Numbered from the stretch's first letter, positions 1 through 12,928 are shown. The stretch is 64,000 bases of DNA from Polymyxa betae A26-41 (GCA_003693705.1 RBZT01000106.1:12111-76110), one strand, 5' to 3'. Program-made: numbers and translations. The notes: generated from the sequence alone by a model not told the origin.

Positions 1-1342
1 TCGCAGCAAGCCCGGGCATTTTTGCGCACACGATGCGGAATATCAGTACAGAGTTTCTGTTGCTCCAAGACGAATAGTCGGCCGATACTGATGCCGCCGG
101 AATTGGGCATGCCATGGGCTGAACACGTACAATTTCTTAGTGCAATTAATATCGCGAATCGTTGATGATCTGGAGGGGGCACCGACGTAGGCCAATAAAT
201 CCTGATCTTAACCTGATGCCCATTCTCTATATCTGTTGTGAGAAATACTCAGCAGCACGACAAAAGCAGCTTGTAGAAGGATGATGGAATAGACAACCCG
301 ATAGTTTCTGAAATATGGTGAAGTCCAACACCGATCAAATAATTCCAGTATATGTTCGGGCTACCAGCAGCCAGCATAAATAGTATCCAAATCTGGCGGT
401 ATCTGCCATCGGCAAATTCGCGTAAAATGTCTTTTGCAGCCATCGCGATCGCGATCGAAAGCCAATTTTGTATTATGTATCAGCGGTCCGGCTTTCAAGT
501 TGGGATGAGACAAGCTCCCAGGCTTTTGGCTGTGTATGATGCAGCTACAAGGCTCCCAAGAGTTTGTCAAGGTCCCGGTTTCCCTGCGGCAACCGCTCAT
601 ACATTGCTGCAGGATCTGCATTCCCCCTCAACATGATCAATGTGGTTTTGCCATCCAACAATGATGCATGCGGACAAAAATTTGCATCAAATTCAGTCTT
701 CATCAGTAGAGATCACGTGCACTCAGATCGGTCTTGTAGGTATATCAATAGGCCTGTTTTGTAACAATATCACTGGCTGTCAGTTATCCCGTCGCATCCT
801 GCCTGTGTTGACCCAACACATTACTTTAATTCTGTCTTTGAGTCGAAGTTATGTTCCCGGAAAGCCAGTTGAAGATGAATTTATTAAGACTGACCACCTG
901 TGTTATAGCACTAAATATCCCAGGTCGACGGGCTGGATCCCCAGTTCGACCAAACCACTCAAACTTGTGAGCATACTGTACTTTTTCAATAAATACTCCT
1001 CTGTTCGGAAATAAAAGTCCTATTCAGATTTGGCCATGGTTGATACTGGCAGCTACAACTGCATGCAGACCACGATATACTTTCAGAATCGGACGTACAG
1101 CCCAGCACGCAAAGTCATTGGCGTTAGCGCTGCCAGCAACCTGGCCCGGGCCAGAAGCCATTTCCCTTGGGAACGACATCGGACACTTCAAGTCACTTTC
1201 TGTTTGGATGTCTTGCCGATACCCTGGCTTAGAAGTTTGCTTCTATCAACCTGCCTGATCATCTGCAGAATGATGAAGGTTACTATACTGATGAAGGCCA
1301 CGCCATCATAGCATGAGGTGAGGACGGTGGCGCGGCCACCAT
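1..1342 (-). CDS. Probable multi-exon gene of unknown function, running off the left edge
   Basis: Minus-strand GT..AG introns can be placed (e.g. donor gttaag at 211) giving IWILFMLAAETIGYREWASDHQRFAILIALRN. Candidate ATG at 1342 is divergent from ETFB. Full exon chain not resolved. Confidence 0.3.
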
Positions 1343-1403
1343 TGCGCTCTCCAAGGTGATGAAATCCACTTAAATCTTCTATTATCGATTTGATCGATCA
1401 ACC

Positions 1404-2320
1404 ATGAAGGTTCTCGTTCCTGTTAAACGGGTCCTCGATTTCGCTCTGAAAGCCAGGATCAATGCCGACCGAAAATCTGTTGATCTGGCGAATCTGAAGA
1501 TGTCTATCAATCCTTTCTGCGAGATTGCCGTCGAGGAGGCGGTTCGCTTGAAAGAGCAAAAACACGTTAAGGAGGTTATTGCTGTTTCAATTGGACCCAA
1601 ACAATGCCAGGAGACGTTGAGAACTGCCTTGGCTATGGGTGCAGATCGTGCTATTCACATTCAGGTCTGCTCTGCTGTTCAGCTAATATGCAGCCGTTGA
1701 CATCCCAGAAGTCAGAATTACGAACCGACCAGGATTTGCAGCCTTTGGCAGTCTCGAAAATTTTGGCGAGTTTGACGAAAAAGGAGTCATGCGATCTTGT
1801 TATTCTTGGCAAACAAAGCATTGATGACGATGCCAATCAAACTGGGCAAATGCTCGCTGGTTTATTAAACTGGCCTCAAGCTACGTTTGCTTCCAAAGTT
1901 GTTATTGGCAGCGATGCCAAGGTTGCTTTCTAACAGTGCTTCCGTTTTATCGTTTTCGCTCATTTACTGAACAGAACGTGAAAGTTACTCGTGAAATTGA
2001 CGGCGGTTTACAAACGGTCGACTGCAAACTACCGGCTGTTATCACATGTGATCTGAGGTTAAACCAACCGAGATATTCGTGAGCTGTTATAGACTTTTTT
2101 CGAATTGATACTGAAATGTCTCTTTAGGAGTCTGCCCAATATCATGAAAGCACGCAAGAAGCCCTTGGAGACGTTAGACACCTCCAGTCTTGGCATGGAT
2201 GTTGAACCCAGACTAAAAAATGTCTCTGTAGACAATCCACCACAGAGAAAAGCTGGAGTTATAGTGGAGTCTGTGAAAGAATTGGTACAAAAATTGAAAG
2301 CTGATGGTGTTTTGCCCTAA
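1404..2320 (+). CDS. ETFB: Electron transfer flavoprotein beta subunit (4 exons)
   Basis: [89 protein letters not shown]; three short introns. Confidence 0.97.
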
Positions 2321-2386
2321 TTGTTCTATTCTGGTATAAAATGTCAAACTCTTTGAGATTTGATTATTTGTATTCGGTGCTTAACG

Positions 2387-3786
2387 TTAACCTTGGGTGA
2401 GACCTTTCAAAAAATCGCTCAACGAAATACTGACTTGCTTGACATTCTCGGATGGCTTGGAGTCTAGAACAGCAGGAGATGCATCGGCATTCGAGCTATT
2501 CGTTGTATTCGTTCCGTTGGTATTCAGTGATTCATGGTGAGGTTCCTGTTTGATGTTATTACTGATTGAAGTATCATTTGACACATTCGATGGTTTCACG
2601 GTTTCTGGTGGAAACTCTGTTAAGGGAGTGGAAGGAGGGGGTGATGATATTTCAGGAACGTCGCTGGAATTATTGGCAGGCAGATTGGTATTCTCAATTG
2701 TTGCATCCGTTGCATTCTTGCTCGCGTCTGCAATTGTCGCGTTGTCAACAAGTTGCTTTAAAAGCAACTCGTCTTCACCCGCTTCGGCCAAATACAGCGA
2801 CGGGACCGCCTCCAGCTTCTTCTTACGCTCGAGCTGAGCCTGTTGTTCGGGCGACAAAGTTGGTGTCGGTTTCCAAGTGATAGGAGATCCTGTGCATGTA
2901 CAGCCTGGAAGTTCCATAACATGACCTTCGACATTGAATTGGTCGAAATCACCATTTGGATCCAATAAGGTCCCAAACCAGATGTAAGCGTATCTAAATC
3001 TTGTTAGACATTTGCTGACATTATACCAACTAGCTACCTGTCACCAACCGAGGCACCAATTGAACGCCATTTGAATTCCGACCAGGAATCTTCCTGTAGG
3101 ATGAACTTCTTGTGATCCTGATTGGCTACGAACATGTCCAAAGCCCGAATCGACGAGAATGGGCCGCCAGCCCATTCATATGCCAGCTCATATGCAGCGA
3201 CATTGTAAACGTTCCATTTCAATGCGGTCGTCACCTGTAACGCCTTTCGATGCATGCAGTTGGGCTACACGTCATCCATCTGTCAGCAATACTGGCCCAA
3301 CATGCTGTCGTATCTCAGACTTACATTGCTGTGATCGCTCGGGTAGCAGCATGAACTCCAGGAATGCAGGCCACAATCGTTATTGATACTGCTATCAGAA
3401 CTGGTGATGTCTCTCATATGAGCACAAGCTGTGGACATCAACGATCTGGAGATGTTGACAGCTTGGAGCCCGTGCGTGATCCGGAAGTTGTTGATGGCGC
3501 GAATCAGATCGAACGAATCCGATAACGATCTGGGCAATGTTCAGAATCGCTTTCGACGGAATCGAAATCGGTCGTACACAGGACACATTTGCGATGATTG
3601 ACCCCCTTCAGGTTCATCCTCCGCCGGTTCAGGCATCTCGAATGGATTGTCGACGCCTTTTGTGGCCCGACGTGCAGGTCGGTTCAACGACCTGGATCGG
3701 CGCACGCGAAGTAAATCGGATTCCTCCGCGATAGTTAAAGATATTAGACAGATGATCAGCAAGAATCGCATCATAATTCTCCTCAT
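2387..3786 (-). CDS. Secreted CAP/SCP-domain protein with S/T/N/P-rich tail
   Basis: Signal peptide MRRIMMRFLLIICLISLTIA. CAP-like motifs LIRAINNFRITHGL, CGLHSWSSCCYPSDHS, AYELAY, HKKFIL, W.SIGAS..YAYIWFG; three introns. Confidence 0.75.
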
Positions 3787-3920
3787 ATTAACTTAAACGA
3801 CTGAACCGTTAAGGTCGTACACGACTCAAGTATTGGCAGCGACGAGTTGACTCAACATGAGTCAAAAACGTCGGCGGAACATTGATCGAAGATTTGATCC
3901 CCGATTTTTCCGGGAGGCGT

Positions 3921-5643
3921 TTATTTAGACGACGAACAGGTCGTTTTATGGATGGGCCAGTACTCCACTTGACATTGACGCGAACAGAACCACGACTGTT
4001 TACAGACCGAACATCGTTTTTGAGCTGGTCGTTGACATTGCTCACAACGTTGTTCGAGCATCTCGTCTTCATCGCCAAAGAATTCGGCGTACATTTTCAG
4101 CTTGAAATCGGAATCAGAATTGGAATCATCTAATTGGTGAAATCGTGACCGACCTCGGATCTTAGGACATCATCATGGAAATAATCACGAAGCTGACTCT
4201 GACAAAGATCGTGGAAATCCAGAGATAGCATGGAATCGTGGATTTCAGGGACCTGTTCAATCAATAGATATCCCTCATTATGTTGATCATTTGCTGATGG
4301 AATATCGGTAATAACGAGTTGTTCAACATATCGCCAGATTTCTTCCAGAATTGGAAGTTGATCGATGAGCACTTCGTTGAAGAACCGTTTCAGCTGGTTT
4401 CTAATTAAGACGCCATCTCAAAATAACAAAAACGTTCGAACCTTTAGAATGGTGGATTTTCTATGCTCATCAAGTTGATATTTCTGTTTACATGCCGGAC
4501 TGGCCATCAAATTGTAGATTGAGATCCAGAGATTGCCTTCGAGTCGCGACAATCGAAACTGATCGGAATATTCCACTGGACACCATTGTTGGTCGCTGAA
4601 CTTCCATATCTACATTCACATCAGATAATTGTGCACTTTCGAACGATTCAACCTCAAACTTTGCCTTTGTCTCGTCGACTAAACGATGCTGTGTCCAGAA
4701 TGTTGATCAGTGATAACACCACGTCTAATAGTCACATCGTTTGAACGTCTGAATGTCAGATTTCTGCTGCACTCACCTTGCTTATTCAGCATCCTTGAGA
4801 CAACAGCGGTAGGAATCTGCTCAATTCGATCGGTGATGAACCGCATCATTGAGATCGCATCCGACGCCAATCGGAACTCAATCTCCAGCGATTGCCTTTT
4901 TATACGATCTCGAACTGATTCGTTGATGTCCTGGCTGCCTGGAACTACTGAATCGACCTCGATTCTGATCAGAGTGAACTGCAGCACAAATTATGAAATC
5001 GAAAGTACCCTGCATTAAGCGATGCGAAACGACGATAACAATAATCGGTTAATTCGATGATGCAGTCAGATAATGATTCGATCGCTGTTTGTTGATATAG
5101 AGCAACGACTAAAATACTGCAAATCGTGGCTTCTTGGTATAGCTAATGGAAAGTTGAGTATAATGAAGGTTGAGAAGAGCTTCTTACAAGCAGATAGACC
5201 TTCATGGAAGCTAACTCGTTAAGGTTATTGGTCAGAAAATGTGGAAGTACATTATGTCGCCAGGTCTCCAATGTAATTAAACGATGTACTAAAAGGGGCA
5301 ACTGCAAGAGATTGTGAATTATGAAGTTTGATGGTGTAATCGGCTTCTAACTCGATCAGTTGTAACTAATGTATCAATAACTAACTCATCGTGTCTTGAT
5401 AAGGCATCGCGACAGGCCTGAAAATCACAATTAATAAAAGCTAAACGGAGATTGCAGCAAGAACCTGTAGTTTCAGCTTCTCTAAATCACCTGCCTGTCG
5501 CATCCACCTAAACCAAAGTTCATTCGGGCGCCACAAAGTAAATCTATAATGGCGACAGACTTGACGCTACCGATTTGCTGAATAGGAAGCGGCTCCAAGG
5601 CTTCCACCATGCACTCGATTTCAAACGGTGACAGCACCACCAT
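3921..5643 (-). CDS. ZMYND10: ZMYND10/BLU axonemal dynein assembly factor
   Basis: N-terminus MVVLSPFEIECMVEALEPLPIQQIGS, LEKLKLQ, LEQVP-like IEQVPEI; C-terminal MYND finger CEQCQRPAQKRCSVCKQSWFCSRQCQVEYWPIHKTTC. Confidence 0.92.
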
Positions 5644-5720
5644 TGTGGGCTTTCGGTAAATGATGGTCGTTGCAGAAAGTCACTGTAGTAAATTAGCCAA
5701 CGTCATAGAGGAAGAAATCG

Positions 5721-5740
5721 GGGTTTAGGGTTTAGGGTTT
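5721..5740 (+). repeat. Interstitial telomere-like repeat (GGGTTTA)x~3 overlapping a stop codon
   Basis: gggtttagggtttagggttt read directly. Confidence 0.9.
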
Positions 5741-7354
5741 ATTGTATGCAACACCCGCCGTCAACCTTCGAATCTGCTCCAGCTTCCTCTCGCTTCTTCA
5801 TAGCTTGCAATCCCAACGTTCTGAGTTCATCAGCACGTGATCGAAAATGTTGTTCCAGATGCTTCATTTGAATCAAAGTCTGGTCTTCTCGCTTGGCGAC
5901 ATCGCTTTGGTTGGCCTCGGGCATCTCAAATACGGCCCGCTGTTCTAACTTCAGAATTCGTTTGTAGTCTTCAAAAGCTGCCTGAAGCTTCGTGAATTGT
6001 ACAGTGAAAGGTGCCAAAGCTTCTTCACTCGGGGCGACGTTCTGTACGGCAGGTACCGGTGGCCCTTCAGGAGTCGGCTGCAGCTGTAGCTCATGCTGAA
6101 TCTCAAGAATAACTTTTGAAGTTTTTTCTGCAAAATGTTCATTTAATGGATCCTGCAAAGAATGCGTTTACCTTGGTTATTCACTGCAGATTTAACTTTT
6201 CCTGAGCTGTTTACATTCAACACTGGAATTGCATCCTCAAAGCTAGCTTCACGGTTGTCGAGCGTTACTTCTTTTTTCGTTCTCATTGCATTTAAAACTT
6301 GAGGTCTCGGACTGGGCGTCTTACTTGCCTCTGGAGGCTGCTCGTTTCGAACTTGGATCGTGTCATTAACCTGTGCTGTTCTTAAGCACCGAAATTGATT
6401 GAGAACTGAGAATTTACTTTGAAGTAGACTCGCCTTGCAACTGATGCGGCAGCTGCCAACTATTATATGCATATCAGTACAGGTCCCAAAACCGCAAACA
6501 GAATATATACTTGTTGGTTGCGCTTCTGTTGTTCTAATAAGAATGCGAAAGATTCAATGCATTCTTTCAGTTCGTTCTTGTTGATTTTATTTCGACTTGA
6601 TGCCATTTTGATAATTTCATTCTGAGTTGACTTCGTTAAATGGGATCTGAAATTAAAATATTAAGGATCCCGACCTTCTGATCTTCGGCCGCTTTCCCGT
6701 CTTCGAATGCTTGGAAAAAGCAATAGAGATGGAAAAAATAGTTCGCGTGTTCCAATCCCAATTTGTGCAGCTGTTTCTGACGTGCAATAATCTTCTTTTC
6801 CGATTCCGATGGGTCTAGTATTGATTCGATTTTCAAGGCATCTTTCAGGAGTTTGATACACTGCTCGATCAGCAGTAAATCCAGAAAGACGCCATCCTCA
6901 TCAATATGGAATCCGCATTGATTTTTCGATTTTGACTTTGAGACAGTACTTGGAGAGCAGAAAATAAAATTCTCAATCACAGAGTACAGCTGGAACAGGT
7001 TCGACCTAAGGAAACATGGATCATGCGTTTTAAAAAGGAATCAGCTAAATACCATCCAGGGTGGTTTAAATCTCTTTTGAGAGCCTAGCGCACAGTCATT
7101 CAATATGTCATGGCTAAAAATGAATAGATATGATGTACATTAGCTGAACTGGTAATCTTGTTGGCGCTTGCATACAGCATCAGTCTTGCAAGCATTATGG
7201 ATTCGTCGTCCTATAGATGTGAAATTAAAACCGGTTCTTCAGTTGTCATCAGCACTCGAACCCATCCAGCAAATTCTTGCAGCTCAGCGAACGTATCTTG
7301 GATGACATTTCCGAAATTTTCAAGCTGAGTCATGAAGACGTAGTGATGCACCAT
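5739..7354 (-). CDS. Hypothetical helical protein ending in a CaaX box (GGCCIQ)
   Basis: About 7 exons from ATG 7333 or 7354 (MTQLENFGNVIQDTFAELQEFAGW...). Last exon is coiled-coil-like and ends ADSKVDGGCCIQ*. Confidence 0.65.
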
Positions 7355-7453
7355 CGCAAAACTATTGAACGATGAAATTGCAATTCTACAATAAAAACAT
7401 TACAGTATACAGGTTCATGGAAACATTAAACAAATTTCTTTCTTCTTGTCTGT

Positions 7454-8248
7454 TTAAAAGATCATGGACAGATTGCCGCTCGAAAAATGGCCAAAGCCAT
7501 TGACGCCAATCATTGTCTAAAAAAATCCTAGAACATTTTTAGGAGAAACTTAACTTTCCAACTGCTACCAAAATACTTGTATAAAGCATGATCAGAGGTG
7601 TTGTTAGCCATTGGGAATGTGATATATTTTGATAGTAGCGGTGCCCAGTGCGCTCGTGGCTGCTGTCTGATCAGGCTGAAGAGAAACGAGAGCTGACCTT
7701 GCGCGCGAATGTCGATCCTGGCAATTGCCGCCTCCATTGAAAAATATGTAAATGATCAACATCTGCTGAACGTCTAGGGGTACCCATGGTCGAAATCTCA
7801 CGAAGATATTCCATTGACAATATACATTGCACATGTGACTATACACTACAAATGTCACTTCTAATATGGAATAATGTTACATGGTTGCTCTCCAGTTTCC
7901 ACTGTTAGATGGTCTCACTTGTATGTCATTGGATGACAATCATAGGCAGACACCCTCATGGTTGGAAGGGTCCCATTCACAGCTAGGAATGAGCAGGAAA
8001 TGAACTTGATGATCATCCAAAACCAACAGCGAATGCCACTCGAAGACAATACAGGCAGCGAATGGGGAATCTCCTCAAGGCGAGTGAAGTTTTTAGCCAG
8101 TTCAATGATGATTCCCTAAACCCAAGGGACTCCACTTTGAGCTATTAAGATATAAAGATGTTGGTGAAGATACATGCTTGGTTTGGAAGGCGTAGGGTTT
8201 AGGGTTTAAGTTTTGGGCGCCTCCCGCGATGAAGCCTGGGCGACGCAT
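7454..8248 (-). CDS. Hypothetical multi-exon protein
   Basis: ATG 8248 MRRPGFIAGGAQNLNPKPYAFQTKH|GIIIELAKNFTRLEEIPHSLP...; later exon AAIARIDIRAQGQLSFLFSL. Middle exon junctions unresolved. Confidence 0.45.
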
Positions 8249-8354
8249 CAATAATTTGGTCGGCTGGGAATAATGCAGTATTTGCCATGGAAGCGAGATA
8301 TTCCGTCTGGCTTCGGTTATTCGTCGAGAATAAGATTTCTAAGCTCCATGCCTG

Positions 8355-9854
8355 ATGGGATCGAAAGTCAGTACGAACAGAGATTTGAAGCGCCTGCAAA
8401 AGAAATGTACAAATTCATTTGCCGCCTTTTTGCCTTTGTCAATCAATGAAACTTGGCAGTTAGTGCAAAGGAGCTGGATCTATTAAAGGCGATCTACTGC
8501 GACCTATGCCAACGCTGTCAGATTCCTGGCCTGTCGAAATGCATCGACAGGGACCTGTTTAGGGAAGTGTTCAAGATCCCGGGACCTCTCAGCGACTGCA
8601 TCTTTCACGTTTTTGACAAGCAGAATCGTGGTTATATCGATTACGAGGAGTTTATCGCCGGATTGGCTATCCTTTGCAGAGGTGATAGCGATGAAAAGGT
8701 TTGCCTTCGATTATCGCTGGTTTTCTCCAAATTGGATTTGAACTTTGACCTTGTTTAACGGATTTTCACAGCAAATTCCCAAATTCATAGACAAAGTTTA
8801 TAAGTTCCAGCTGTTTGGCTTTCGTGCTTTCATAATGCCCATTAAACAAATAGAGCACTCTTTAACCGTGTCTATGCTATTGCTAGCATCAACCGCAGCC
8901 AAATGACTTTTTTTCTAGATGGATTTCCTGTTCAACATGTATGACTTAACAGGAGCTGGGACCGTTAGTCGCGAACACCTTTCTATCGTCTTGCATACAA
9001 TGTTGCATGCGGCATACGCCATTGTTTGCCACCATTCCGATGATCGACGCTACAAAGAAGATGTCACCGATCGCATCTGATCCAAAGTACTGTCGGCTGT
9101 GTTTCGTTCTTTTGGTTTTATTAAATTTTGATAGGTCGAGGCATTCGTTGCCAGTGCCTTCGAGAATAACCCAAAAGACCATATTTGTAAACAAGAATTC
9201 GTGAAATGGGTGTGTCGAAATGTGCACCTTTTTTTTGCAGGAGTTGTTCGTCCTAGAATCATGCTGCTAACTTTGTCATATTTTAGGCCAAAGCGAAACT
9301 ACCGTCGGTTGACTTGGTTGGTTTCCTATTTAAAGAATGTACAACGCCTTCGAATCGCGCCTCCCGATCGCTGAGCCCATCCGGGGAGGTCCTGACGTTC
9401 TCCGACGTGATTCGCTCGTCGCCTGCATCTCGTTCATCTTCATCATCTCCCTTCCAGGGAGGATGCACCTACAGTTCGTATTGCTGTCGAATTCCGCGAC
9501 TTGGATGCCAATCGGTGCAATCAACGGCGTTCAGTGGTGCCGATACGTCGTTCGAAGTAGAGGAGGAAGTCGAACCCAGCGAATATCAGCACATTCTCGA
9601 GTACGTGTATGATGACGATAGGTGAGTGGTATGGGCCTATAGAGGCGTCAAGCTATGCTGAGCCTGCTGTTAGACCAGGATTTCAGTATCGATGTCCGAA
9701 ATGTCACGAGCTCATTGAAGTATCGCATTGCATCGAATGTGGCACGACGTTATTAACTCGCGGAAGCAAGCGCCTGGCTTGTGACGATTGCTGGCGTCAG
9801 GGCCATGACTGTGTTCTCATTTATTGCTATTCTTGCGGTGCTAGGATTGAGTAG
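8355..9854 (+). CDS. N-myristoylated EF-hand calcium sensor (NCS/CNB-like) with C-terminal Cys-rich zinc-ribbon region
   Basis: MGSKVS start; EF loops DKQNRGYIDYEE and DLTGAGTVSREH; EK|MDFLFNMYD; C-terminal CPKC, CIEC, CDDC and CYSC pairs. Confidence 0.8.
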
Positions 9855-10433
9855 TGCCAAGATGGCATCTGACTTCACGTATATGGGGTCCTTATACAGT
9901 TCCATCATAATATCTTATATAGAGATTGTGGGAATTTCTTAGTATCTCTTCACATCATGAAGTTATAACGACAGTTTATCCAGTCAGTCATAAAAATATC
10001 AAATCTCACTTAACTGCAAGTTTGCACGTCTGGTTTAGTTGTTGGCTTGATCAAGCTTATCCATATATGCAGCAAGATCCCTCACTTTCTAATCACAAAT
10101 TCCCATAAGTAACAAATACGAATAAACTTGGTTCGTGTACTGCTGCCCTGCCGACTAGTTCCACGCTCTTGTTTGCATGTTTATCGATATTATCACAGCA
10201 TTGCATATCTATGACAATTTCAATCTAAAACTGGTAGTTATGTTACATGTGTGTTGTAGGAAGCGATGGGAACGGACTGCGGCCTTGCTGGTGCCTCTTT
10301 TCAAATTGACAACCTTCACTTGTGCCTGTCAATCACACAATCCCATATCTTGGCACACATTTTTAAATCGGGTCATTCATCGCCCGCTCCTGGTTTTCAT
10401 CTCCAGCGCCTGATCCAGATCGCAAATTCGCAA

Positions 10434-11837
10434 ATGAGTTACGCTTCACGTGTTCGGGGTACTTCGTCACCGACGAAACCGACCCCGGGTGCGAAGTTTA
10501 TTGCTGGTCTGTCAGGCCTTCAGGTACAGCCCTGAATTTCACTGCTTGATTCTGGTATTTATATCTGGAAGGTTACGCTTGAGCTCGTCTCAGGCGAATG
10601 CTACCAGGGCATTCTATTACAAAAATCAAGTCTGAATACGTATTGGTTGGGTCAAGTTCAGCTGTTATCAAAAGAACCGGATTCTACAGATTCAAATCGT
10701 TTCGAGGACGAGCTCTCTTTTGATGCAGGTCAAGTCTCTTGTATGAGATTGCATAGCGAATCGAAAGGCGATCGGGAGGAACTGCATGCTGCGTTTAAAA
10801 CCGATGCCGAAATCCGCTCGAAGAAAAGTGAGAAACCGATGCGAAATCTTGAAAAATGGGACGGCGGTGATGACGGCGGGACGTCAATGAGCCTCGATCA
10901 AGAAGCCAAGATGCGCCCAGAGGATCGCGGCTGGGATCAATTTTCAGTCAACCAGAAGCTATTCGGATACCAAAGTTCCTATGCTGAAGAAAATTACACG
11001 ACCAGTCTTGATCGCCAATCCGAATTCTATCGTCAGAATGAACCAAAGGCTCGTAAAGTTGCTGCTGATATTGAGAACGAGGTGTCTGAAAACCTTCATA
11101 TTGCCGAAGAGCGCGGTCATCAAATCTCCCACGATGTTGATGAAGAGTCAAGATATAGCACGGTTTTAGACCGACCCAAGTCGAAGAGTCCCGACATTTA
11201 TCGGCCGCCTGCGCTTCGTAACAAATCGCCTGAACAAGACAGAACAGCGAGACCTGGCAGCTCAGCTTCGAATAATTCCAATGAGAGAGACGCATCGCCT
11301 GTCAAATCTGTATCCCCGGTGAAGAATACTTCTCCGATGAAGAGCCCGGCGTTAGAAAATACATCGCCAGTGAAAGCAAGTGTGCCAGCAAATCACGAGA
11401 ATCAAGTGAATTCCCCTCAGGAAGCCGAATCGGCAAATGGACATCAGGATGAGGATGAAGAGAAGCAGTTCGAATCTGGTAGCGATGACAACAGCAAGAA
11501 GTTCCAGTTCAATGCAGGAGCGAAAGAATTCGTTCCAACGACTTTGCCGGGTTTATATTTTACTGATGGTTCTTACATGCCTGTTGTGGAAACTCCATCA
11601 CCATTGATGCCACCAATAGGAATGTATCCAGCCTATAGTTTCAATCCATACTATCCTCAATATTCCCCAATGGGCTACGTTAATCAGCCAATGATGTTTT
11701 CGGCTCCTGGAAATTATCAGTCCTATCAGGCCCAACCGAGCCACAATCCGAATCGATCGCGGCCGCAATCGAGGTCTGCAAAGCCTTCTCAAACTAAGCA
11801 GCAATCAAATACAACAGAACCGAATGCAGACAATTAA
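10434..11837 (+). CDS. ATXN2: Ataxin-2/Pbp1 family protein (Lsm, LsmAD, PAM2)
   Basis: FKTDAEI, LEKWD, WDQFSVNQKLFGYQSSYAEENYTTSLD, NLHIAEERG, DEESRYSTV; PAM2 motif FNAGAKEFVP. Confidence 0.92.
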
Positions 11838-11993
11838 TCCTGAAAAATATGACTGCATTTCAGAGAATGCCTACAGTAATTATCAACGTATGATCGCATT
11901 TCAATAATGCTCATATTGTATATGTAAAATAAGTAATTCATTTTTGCCAAGAGAATTCGCAGGGCAGAATTATCGCATCGTAGCACTGGACCG

Positions 11994-12928
11994 TTATGGA
12001 GCTCTTGTAGTGTATTCTGTTTTTTGTGGCGCTGTCTGATTCAGTGTTTTTCCCTTGACAATATTGTTGATCACCTTCTCAGTCTCCAGAGAACAATATT
12101 CGAAGATGCCAACTGCTCAACAGAATTAGCGAAGTTATAGTGCAGATTTTCGTATTACTTGTTACGCTTCGAGTTAGGGCCATAATGGCACATCGGACGA
12201 ATGGATACATCGCCAGCTATATTCAAGTCGGTAAATCGCTTGATAAGCGAACGAAACTAAACCTACCATAATCAACAGTTTCAGTATTCGGACACCAAGT
12301 AAGGCGATTTTGATAAAGACGATCACTTTAGAGTATTTGAGCAACTTCGCATAGCCAAGAAGGACATACAGCTGAGGTGTCTGAGTGAAAATCAGAGTTC
12401 TCCAATCAAGGAACTCAGCACGCAAGCCCATCAAGCGTGTCACTTTTCTGTCAAGATTCTGATAGATCAACACAAAGAGACAGAAGATTCGAAAATCGTG
12501 TGATGCAGCAAACAACCTGGCGTTGCTATCGCTGAAGGTATCACTAAGGTCGCCTGAAAATCATTTGGCATGCAAGCGCTCACGAATTGATCTACACACT
12601 AACCTTGATTGAACAGCAATCTAGCTCGCTGTCGGCATGCAATCATAATGAGAATGCCAGCGAAACTGCTGATACCCTGGATAGCAATTAGTACCTTAGG
12701 AATATCGGGTTCTTTGGCAAGACTCGCAACAGTCCAGATATCGAGTGCAATCCAAACACCGACTTGGCACTTATAAGCTAATTGAAACAGGAGCCATTGT
12801 CGTTTTCGAGTATCATCTGCAAAACTCTCTAGATTTATATCTTTGAATTTGAAGTCCATTAAACCTGCATCATATCGGCGTCTCAGTCGAAAACCTGCTT
12901 TGAGAGCAACGTACCAAGGCTCCTCCAA
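11994..12928 (-). CDS. Hypothetical multi-pass membrane protein (5' end uncertain)
   Basis: Several hydrophobic segments in ORFs 12599-12928 and 12174-12515; spliced end LAMYPFVRCAIMALTRSVT|IGIFEYC...RAP*. Confidence 0.55.

Noticed and set aside
249-1311. Several frames broken by single TGA or TAG codons, suggesting recoding or selenocysteine
   Set aside because: Short introns explain the breaks. Conserved genes in the window use TGA, TAA and TAG as normal stops, and I saw no selenoprotein motif.
3660-3730. RxLR-dEER-like layout after the signal peptide of the CAP protein
   Set aside because: Basic then acidic stretches are present, but there is no exact RxLR motif.
5721-5740. True chromosome end or telomere fusion
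   Set aside because: Only about 3 units, with intact genes on both sides.
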